Shown: in pieces, positions 9,678 through 17,880 of the stretch
Layout of the letters: each line of letters begins with the position of its first letter
Position numbering within the stretch: the stretch's first letter is position 1
Source: Octopus sinensis
Lineage: Eukaryota
Assembly: GCF_006345805.1 (NCBI RefSeq)
Contig: NW_021824635.1
Span: 1 to 17,880 of the forward strand
Length of the DNA: 17,880 nt
Reading direction: 5' to 3'
The notes under the pieces: generated by a model
Seen by the model: only the letters and a program-made list of their open reading frames with translations
Told to the model about the DNA's origin: nothing
Databases searched by the model: none
Program-made: the position numbers and the translations under genes

Positions 9678-9900
9678 AATGGCTTCAAATTTTGGCACAA
9701 GGCCAGCAAATTTAGTGGGGAAGGATTAAGTCGCTTGTATCGTCCCCAGGGTTCGACAGTTAATTATTTTATCGACCCAGAAAGGATGAAAGACGTAGTC
9801 AACCTCAGCAGAATTTGAACCCAGAACGTAAGGATCCGGGAAAATATGCCTCTAAGCATTTTGTGCCTGACATGCTAACGATTCTGCCATCTTGCTGCCT
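9678..9900 (-). mobile_element. SINE family A, copy 5 (diverged)
   Basis: Head (GCTAACGATTCTGCCA on +), B box (GAATTTGAAC on +), core and tail present. Confidence 0.85.
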
Positions 9901-9909
9901 ACAATTCAC

Positions 9910-9942
<33 letters not shown>

Positions 9943-10189
9943 AAGAAGTGAAATAAAACCAATGAGTGTGTTTATTATTGGCGTGACGACCCTCCTGAGA
10001 TGCAGCAAAATGTTTCAACACATGAGCTCTCAACAAGAATCTCACAAACCAAATACAAAAAACGAAATACTCCATCTTTTTTTTACTAAACAGTAGAATG
10101 TATTTCTAGAGAAAATTAACTGCTGTTTCTAGCTTGGTAAGTGACCACTTAGTGACTTCATCGTTCCCTTAGTTACCTCATTCTGGTCG

Positions 10190-10970
10190 GTGATGTATGT
10201 TGTAGAAGTTGTTGTTTTTGTTATTGGTGCGATGGAACTTGCGGTAATTGTGGTAGTGGGTGGGTGGGGGGATGTGGCGACGATTGTGGGTGTGGTGGTG
10301 GCAGTAGTGGTGGAACAGAGATAGTATTTTTGTTAGTACTGGTGTGTGTGTGTGTGTGTGTGGCGGAGCGGCAGTGCGGTGTAGGAGCGAGAAGGGCATG
10401 CTAAAATGTCAAAGTGCTGTCCAAATTACACACGCCATGATAACATTACCACCCGCCCCCCTGTCCCCTGCCCCCACCCGTCTCGCCCAGCCTCCGCCTT
10501 CCATTCCATTCCCACCTCCCACCTCTTCCCAACCCTCCACTTCTTTTGCCTATTTAAACATGAGAGCTTTGGAATATATTATTACTATACACACACACAC
10601 ACGCGCGCACACCACACACACACCACACACACACACAAACACACACACATACGCAAACACGCACGCAAACACGCACGCGTTTGTGTGTGTTTGGGTGTGC
10701 ACGCGTGTGTATAAGTGCGAATGTGTGAAGTAATGTGCAATGACACACTAACATAGGCACACATACACACACACATATACACATACAGACACACACATGT
10801 AAATGCGAGCATATACACAATAAAAATAAGATACGTAAACACATTTACATACAAAGGCATACATACAGACACACACACACATATACACAGACATATACAC
10901 ATAATACATTTGTGTATATAAGTACACATATGCATACATATACACAAACGCATATATATATATATATACA
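10190..10970. repeat. Low-complexity block: GT-rich, C-rich, then CA/TG/TACA repeats
   Basis: Directly visible. Confidence 0.85.
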
Positions 10971-11384
10971 GGCGCACGAGTGGCTGTATGATAAGTAGCT
11001 TGGTTACCAACCACATGGTTCCGGGTTCAGTCCCACTGCGTGGCACCTTGGGCAAGTGTCTTCTACTATAGCCTCGGGCCGACCAAAGCCTTGTGAGTGG
11101 ATTTGGTAGACGGAAACTGAAAAGAAGCCCGTCGTATATATGTATATATAAAAATGCGTGTGTGTGTTTGTGTGTCTGTGTTTGTCCCCCTAGCATTGCT
11201 TGACAACCGGTGTTGGTGTGTTTACGTACCCGTAACTCAGCGGTTCGGCAAAAGAGACCGATAGAATAAGTACTGGGCTTACAAAGAATAAATCCCGGGG
11301 TCGAGTTGTTCGATTAAAGGCGGTGCTCCAGCATGGCCGCAGTCAAATGACTGAAACAAGTAAAAGAGTAAAGAGTAAAGAGTA
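10971..11384 (+). mobile_element. SINE family B, full length
   Basis: A-box-like TGGCTGTATGA, B-box-like GGTTCAGTCCC, CORE-like ACCTTGGGCAAGTG, internal TA/TG tract, 3' stem-loop and (AAAGAGT)n tail. Confidence 0.93.
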
Positions 11385-11387
11385 ATA

Positions 11388-11392
11388 TGTGC

Positions 11393-11429
<37 letters not shown>

Positions 11430-11578
11430 TGTGTGCGTGTGCGTGCGTGCGTGCGTACATACACATACACTATTTCTTACGTAAGTAGGAAGATTTAATT
11501 TAAAGACAGAAAGAGAAAATGATATCTGTATTTGACGTGGTGTGACGACAATAAAACACCACAAACGTATACACACGC

Positions 11579-11643
<65 letters not shown>

Positions 11644-11785
11644 ATGTATGTATGTATGTGTATATATATACATATCCATAGGAATACCTCTGTGTGTGTA
11701 TTTATGCATATATGCGTATATGCATACAAACATACATACATACATACATACATACATACATACATACATACCGTACATACATACA

Positions 11786-11850
<65 letters not shown>
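11388..11850. repeat. (TG)n, (TA)n and (TACA)n microsatellites
   Basis: Directly visible, with short unique spacers. Confidence 0.9.
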
Positions 11851-11851
<1 letters not shown>

Positions 11852-12255
11852 CGCAGGAGGAGTGGCTGTGTGGTAAGTAGCTTGTTTACCAACCACATGG
11901 TTCTGGGTTCAGTCCCACTGCGTGACACTTGGGCAAGTGTCTTCTACTATAGCCTCGGGCCGACCAAAGCCTTGTGAGTGGATTTGGTAGACGGAAACTG
12001 AAAGAAGCCCGTCGTATATATGTATATATATATATATTCGTGTGTGTATTTTTGTGTGTCCCCCTAGTATTGCTTGACAACCGATGCTGGTGTGTTTATG
12101 TCCCCGTTACTTAGCGGTTCGGCAAAAGAGACCGATAGAATAAGTACTGGGCTTACAAAAGAATAAGTCCCGGGGTCGAATTGCTCGATTCAAGGCGGTG
12201 CTCCAGCATGGCCGCAGTCAAATGACTGAAACAAGTAAAAGAGTAATAAAAAGAG

Positions 12256-12256
<1 letters not shown>
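11851..12256 (+). mobile_element. SINE family B, full length, embedded in (TA)n
   Basis: Closely similar to 10971-11384. TA runs on both sides. Confidence 0.93.
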
Positions 12257-12292
<36 letters not shown>

Positions 12293-12994
12293 ATATATAT
12301 ATTATATATATATATATATATATACATACATATATATAGAGAGAGATAGGATCGTTCCTTGCTTTCAGCGGCCATGCTGAAGCCACAGTTTTGAAGAGTA
12401 CGTACATTGTTAGATGAACCCACAACTTAATTCCGAGTTACGAGAAGATAAAGATGCTAACGACAGTTATGAAAGGGTGGGAGGGGGAGAATGCCAACGA
12501 TAATCACAAACACACACACACAAACACAGAGAAAAGTGCGTGCATACACGTGTAAATACACACATTCACGCACACATACACACAAGTATGCACACGCACA
12601 ATATCCGTCTAGCAGTTTCGTTTATCAGGAAGCAGTGTGCGGTAGGACTAAACAACAAACCGTTTGGTAACATGGAGAACATCTTTAAGCGTTCGCTTGG
12701 GCACGCGTTGCCCCTATTAAACAGCAGGATGTATGCATGTATGCATGTTTGTACCTATGTACCTTTAAAGGCATGAAACTGTTTATTAACCGGTTGATAA
12801 CCGATGATGAATTAGGGACCTTCTGTGTCTGCCCTACTTGTACGCTTTTCAGTATTGAATGCATTTGTCATGTATGTATATATGGCATTATTCGGCTTTA
12901 TTTCAAGATTCCTTGCCAATAGACAAAAAGCCGGTTTCTAACCTAGATCCAAGTCTCCTTCATTGGGATTTCATCATCAACAACAGGATATTTT

Positions 12995-13200
12995 TGTTTG
13001 TATGTATGTATTATGCATATATGTTTGTATGTCTGTCTCTCTGCCTGTATGTTTGTATGTATATCTATGTATGTATGTATGTATGTATTGTATGTATGTA
13101 TGTATGTATGTATGTATGTATGTATGTATGTATGTATGCATGCATGCATGTATGTATGTGCAGGTTTGTATGTTTTGCTTAATGTATGTATACTCATGCA
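12995..13200. repeat. (TATG)n microsatellite
   Basis: Directly visible. Confidence 0.9.
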
Positions 13201-13299
13201 TATAGTTGCATATCTAGACATACTCGTATATATTTAAATGATAAACTTCTGGAAAGTTTTACAGATTTTTACAGTTCCAGATTGGATTTGTAGTCGTCA

Positions 13300-13614
13300 A
13301 TTTTTTTTTTGCGCCCTTTTCAAGCCTAGCCAGGCTCAGGGGCCTAGTTTCCTGGTTTCTATGGCGTATGTGTTCCCCCCAGCTGGACGGGACGCCAGAC
13401 CATCGCAGCGTTACTCAAGAAACAGGAAGAAAGAGTGAGAGAAAGTTGAGGCGAAAGAGTACAACAGGGGTCACCACCACCCCCTGCCTGAGCATCGTGG
13501 AGTTTTTAGATGCTTTCGCTCAATAAACACACACAACGCCCGGTCTGGGAATCGAATCTGTGATCCTCCGACCGCAAGTCCGATGCCCTAATGGCTGGGC
13601 CATTGCGTCTCCAC
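13300..13614 (-). mobile_element. tRNA-derived SINE, family D, full length with poly(A) tail and target-site duplication
   Basis: Minus-strand head GTGGAGACGCAATGGCCCAG..GATTCGATTCCC, internal CTGCGATGGTCTGGCGTCCCGTCCAG block and A tail. Flanks GTAGTCGTCA (13290-13299) and GTAGTCTTCA (13615-13624) match at 9/10. Confidence 0.85.
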
Positions 13615-13625
13615 GTAGTCTTCAT

Positions 13626-13738
13626 GCCTAGTACTTATTCAATCGTTCTCTTTTACTGAACCGCTAAGTTACGGGGACGTAAACAGATCAACATCGATTG
13701 TCAAGCGATGGTAGGAAGACAAACACAGACACACAAAC

Positions 13739-13784
<46 letters not shown>

Positions 13785-13788
13785 ATAT

Positions 13789-13861
<73 letters not shown>

Positions 13862-14001
13862 ATATGGATGTATATATATATGTATGTATATATATATACA
13901 TACATACATACATATATATATATTATATATATATATATACACACATACATATATATATATATATGTGTATATATATGTATGTATATATATATATGTATAT
14001 A

Positions 14002-14074
<73 letters not shown>

Positions 14075-14247
14075 ACATCATATACGACGGGCTTCTTTCA
14101 GTTTCTGTCAACCAAATCCACTCACATGGCTTTGGTCGGCCCGAAGCTATAGCAGAAGACACTTGCCCAAGTTGCCATACAGTGGGACTGAAACCAGAAC
14201 CATGTGACTGGAAAGCAATCTTCTTACCACACAGACATGCCCGCGCG
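13626..14247 (-). mobile_element. SINE family B, 3'-truncated, with strongly expanded internal TA tract
   Basis: 5' half at ~14084-14247 and 3' half at 13626-13740, separated by ~345 bp of TA/TATG/TACA repeat. Confidence 0.88.
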
Positions 14248-14833
14248 TATGTGTTTTATTTAAGTACTTCTTAAAAGATCTCAAGCCGGTCGCTAATAAA
14301 GGCAGTGAGAGTTGCCGGGTGTTTGTAAACATGTAGTTGAGTTGCTGCGTTGGTTGAGCTGTCGATACGCCCACTTGGATCTGTGAATCTGTTCATCTGG
14401 AGAATCTCAGGTGGACAACCTCTGGAACGTCTTACAAATCTTCACTGATCAGCTAATAGATTGGATTTGGAGATTCCGCATTCGATTCTTTTGTAGTTTG
14501 GTCATGTATGTATGCGTGCATGCATACATACATACTTTCATACAAGCATGCATACACACACACACACACACACACATATGGGGAAAGTAAGAAGAAAAAA
14601 GCGAAAATCCACATTGAATATAAAAAAATAAAGGCCTTTTATGAAAAGTAGCGATAAATAAATACCATTAGGCGAAGAGGAATTAAATTCATAATTTTGA
14701 ATTGTTAAAGAGATTCAAAGTCAAACCGGTATCGTCATTGCTGTTCACTGGCTTTTCTTTTCATTGGCTTTTTCCCCTCTTTCATTCCCCATATCTCTTC
14801 CACGTGTAGTTTCTACTTTCTTTTTGAAAATAT

Positions 14834-14862
<29 letters not shown>

Positions 14863-14869
<7 letters not shown>

Positions 14870-14967
14870 AGCTTAAAACAAGGGCAAAAGAAAATTATTT
14901 CCATGCCAATATGCTGATATTGGCATGGAAATAATTTTCTTTTGCCCTTGTTTATAAGTTGTTTATA
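14863..14967. repeat. Near-perfect inverted repeat (37-bp perfect arms, 4-nt loop)
   Basis: 14876-14912 is the exact reverse complement of 14917-14953, with loop GCTG. Pairing extends 13 bp further with one bulge and one mismatch. Confidence 0.97.
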
Positions 14968-15127
14968 ATTTATATAAACAATAAACGTTTGTATGTTTTC
15001 ACTCATCGTCTCTCGTTTAAATGTTCATCTTTTGAAACCAGATATCATGGCCACTTTTTGCTTACAAATTAGGAAGAAACATTATTTCACCCCAAATACA
15101 ATTTCAGTTATACTTTGGTCCAGACCG

Positions 15128-15172
<45 letters not shown>

Positions 15173-15438
15173 TAGCTCCAATAGTAACAGTTATGAAGGT
15201 GAACATGTAGGAACGTATCTTGGATACTGGATCTGAAACTTCACATGAATGGTCCGTAGATATCTTTCATCCCCTCCATGTTCCTGACCACATTGACATC
15301 AAGTTGTCAGCTGGTTTCCATCTATCTATGATTCTCCCTGAAAAACAATTTTTTTTTAATGTAAGTCTGTTTGTAATGTATGTATACACAAATACATACA
15401 TATACGCATTTATACATATACATACATACATTTATACT

Positions 15439-15579
15439 AGTAGCTTGCTTACCAACCACGTGGTTCCAGGTTCAGTCCCACTGCGTGACACCTTGGGCAA
15501 GTGTTTTTTACTATAGAATCGGGCCGACCAATGCCTTGTGAGTGCATTTGGTAGACGAAAACTGAAAGAAGCCTGTCGT
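15439..15579 (+). mobile_element. SINE family B, 5'-half fragment ending at the internal TA tract
   Basis: Matches ~10995-11135; 3' half absent. Confidence 0.88.
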
Positions 15580-15615
<36 letters not shown>

Positions 15616-15626
15616 ATATATGTATG

Positions 15627-16110
15627 TATTGGGACCGCCTTAAAGCAGTGAAACTCTATTCTACAATGCCGCCGCGCGTTTCATGGTATTTGCACGATGA
15701 GAATATACCACCAGCATCATCCAAACGATCACAGCATTAGTTCTAAAATCCACCCAAGGCTAAGACCACGGACCATACTTTCCCTACCCAATTCAGGATC
15801 ACAACACATAATTACACTGCAATAGAATTCCTTTCCCTCAACAGGCCCTGCTCTATTTAACATTGTCCCAAAACAGATCAATGAGGAAAAGGATTCCATT
15901 ATCTTTAAACTGAACCTAGTCAGGTTTCTTCAAGGGGTACGAGATCAGCCACCTATACCTGGATACAACTCACTCAGCAAGAACTTCTTACTCGAATGGC
16001 CCACAATGCCACAAAACATGACTTTACCAAATCCTAAAAAGTGGTGCCATTACGTAACAAATGGCTTCAGCCAATCTTTGATCGAAACATATCCAAGTTT
16101 TATCTAAGTT
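15627..16110 (+). mobile_element. 5'-truncated CR1-like LINE 3' end (a different family from 8013-8294)
   Basis: YWDRLKAVKLYS at 15627; GPALFNIVPKQINEEKDSIIFKLNLVRFLQGVRDQPPIPGY from 15844; frameshift and stop between them; tandem tail TATCCAAGTTTTATCTAAGTT. Confidence 0.85.
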
Positions 16111-16125
16111 ATATATATATATGTT

Positions 16126-16206
<81 letters not shown>

Positions 16207-16449
16207 TATATATATATATATATATATAGAATATGTATGTAAATACATATAAAAGTGTGTGTGTGTGTATGTGTGTATGTATGTGGGTGTGTGTGTGTGT
16301 GTGTGTGTGTACGAAAGATACTAGTTAACTTTATATATATATAATGCACGAGTGTGTGACAGAAAGAGAGGGAGAGAGTGGAAAGAGATATATATGTATA
16401 TGCATTATATATATATATATATATATAAAGTTAATCCAAACAAGAAAAC

Positions 16450-16504
<55 letters not shown>

Positions 16505-16611
16505 TATTATATGTATGAATGTATGACAGTGACATAGAGGCAGAAAGAAGGACAGAGAGAAAGAAGGACAGAGAGAGAGCGGGGGATAGAGAAAGAGAGA
16601 GAGAGCGAGGG

Positions 16612-16643
<32 letters not shown>

Positions 16644-17218
16644 GAGGAACACTATAGACATGCCGAAAGGCTGTACAACCGAGATCATGCGTATGTATAT
16701 AACTGTACTCTAATATGCTACGATGGCATGTCTGCATGAGTGTGTTTATGAGCGTATAAGTGTGCGTATGTATGCGTGTCTTAAAGAAATTGTGGTAGAC
16801 AGAGGCAAGCATGGAACGAGAGATAAAGAGAGAGACATCGGGAGAGAGAGAGAGAAAAAGAGAGAAATAGGGAAAGAATGAGAGATAGAAAGAAAAACAG
16901 AAAGAGAGACCGTTTGACTACTGCTCTTGTTTACAAGCCAACTTGTCATCTCTTGTATTTAGCCTGGCTCAAGTAGCCTGCTGACATTTGCAGGTCTTGC
17001 TCAGTGGGATGACATTTTCAGCCGCCATGTTTTTTCTTATTCTATATTTGTTTTCTTTTAGCTTTAAATCTTTTCCCATTTCTTATCTGTTTGTGTATAT
17101 GTCTGCGTGCATATGTATATGTATATGCATCTGCACACATCCACAAACACAGATATATATATACATGTATGAATGTATGTAAGTATGTATAAGTAAAGAG
17201 GCTTAATCATACATGTGG

Positions 17219-17283
<65 letters not shown>

Positions 17284-17396
17284 TTGTATAATATACATAT
17301 ATATATATACATATATACATATATAAATATATAGATCTATATACATATATACATATACATACATATATATATATATATGTATATATGTATAGATGG

Positions 17397-17429
<33 letters not shown>

Positions 17430-17471
17430 TTGTATATATATATATATTAATATATATAGTATGTATATATA

Positions 17472-17520
<49 letters not shown>

Positions 17521-17710
17521 ATATAATATCTGTGTATGTTTGTGTGCTTGCGTGAATAAAAATATGTAATATACATATATATTTCTATGAATATGTTATA
17601 ACAAATAGACACAACTTATGCTCATAAACATATATATATAATATGTATATGTATATAATAATATATATATATATATATATTAATATGTATATGTACTATA
17701 TATATATTAG
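16111..17710. repeat. Microsatellite field: (TA)n, (TC)n, (TG)n and (GA)n with short unique spacers
   Basis: Directly visible. Confidence 0.9.
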
Positions 17711-17880
17711 CCATTAAGGACAACTACTTAATAAGGAAACTTAACAAGAAATTGTCAGGTAGATAGGCGTGAAAACCTCATAAGAGAATAAATTTCGAAA
17801 TAATTATTTCTTATTGAACATATTAATTTTATATAGAGGGCAGTTACATACATGCCAGAGGGAATTATACATACATGCCA

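Noticed and set aside
9226-12256. Recurring repeats as a CRISPR-like array or a retron-type RT system
   Set aside because: The repeats are 200-400-bp dispersed SINEs without regular spacers, the DNA is eukaryotic-like, and the only RT domain is a LINE ORF2.
12770-13299. Short non-simple segments (12770-12985, 13236-13299; also 15170-15350 and 17710-17880) as exons or named elements
   Set aside because: They are probably fragments of further interspersed repeats, but each is single-copy here with no interpretable motif or frame and cannot be classified without a search.
10344-17312. Many YI/HT/CV/ER-repeat ORFs in the ORF track
   Set aside because: Artefacts of stop-free dinucleotide and tetranucleotide repeats.

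Overview
Repeat-saturated animal genomic DNA. The SINE families and the extreme TA/CA/TATG/AAT microsatellite load resemble Octopus-type cephalopod sequence; this assignment is from recall and was not searched. I see no intact host gene, RNA gene or CRISPR array. Bases 1-~4490 are a near full-length but disrupted Tx1/L1-group LINE on the minus strand (CCHC-knuckle ORF1; ORF2 with APE, RT and a C-terminal zinc motif, running off the window start). The remainder is a nested patchwork: four tRNA-headed SINE families (labelled A-D here; 12 copies or fragments), two CR1-like LINE 3' ends, a DDD mariner-type transposase fragment, an old ~430-bp palindromic element split by a LINE insertion, a perfect 37-bp-arm hairpin, decayed hammerhead-like motifs and long simple repeats. 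The best leads are (1) a SINE-LINE partner pair whose shared 3' stem-loop covaries, (2) the Tx1 5' end abutting a restarted SINE head, which may indicate SINE-targeted insertion, and (3) the hidden palindromes and ribozyme relics. These are hypotheses about transposon biology, not a demonstrated new system.
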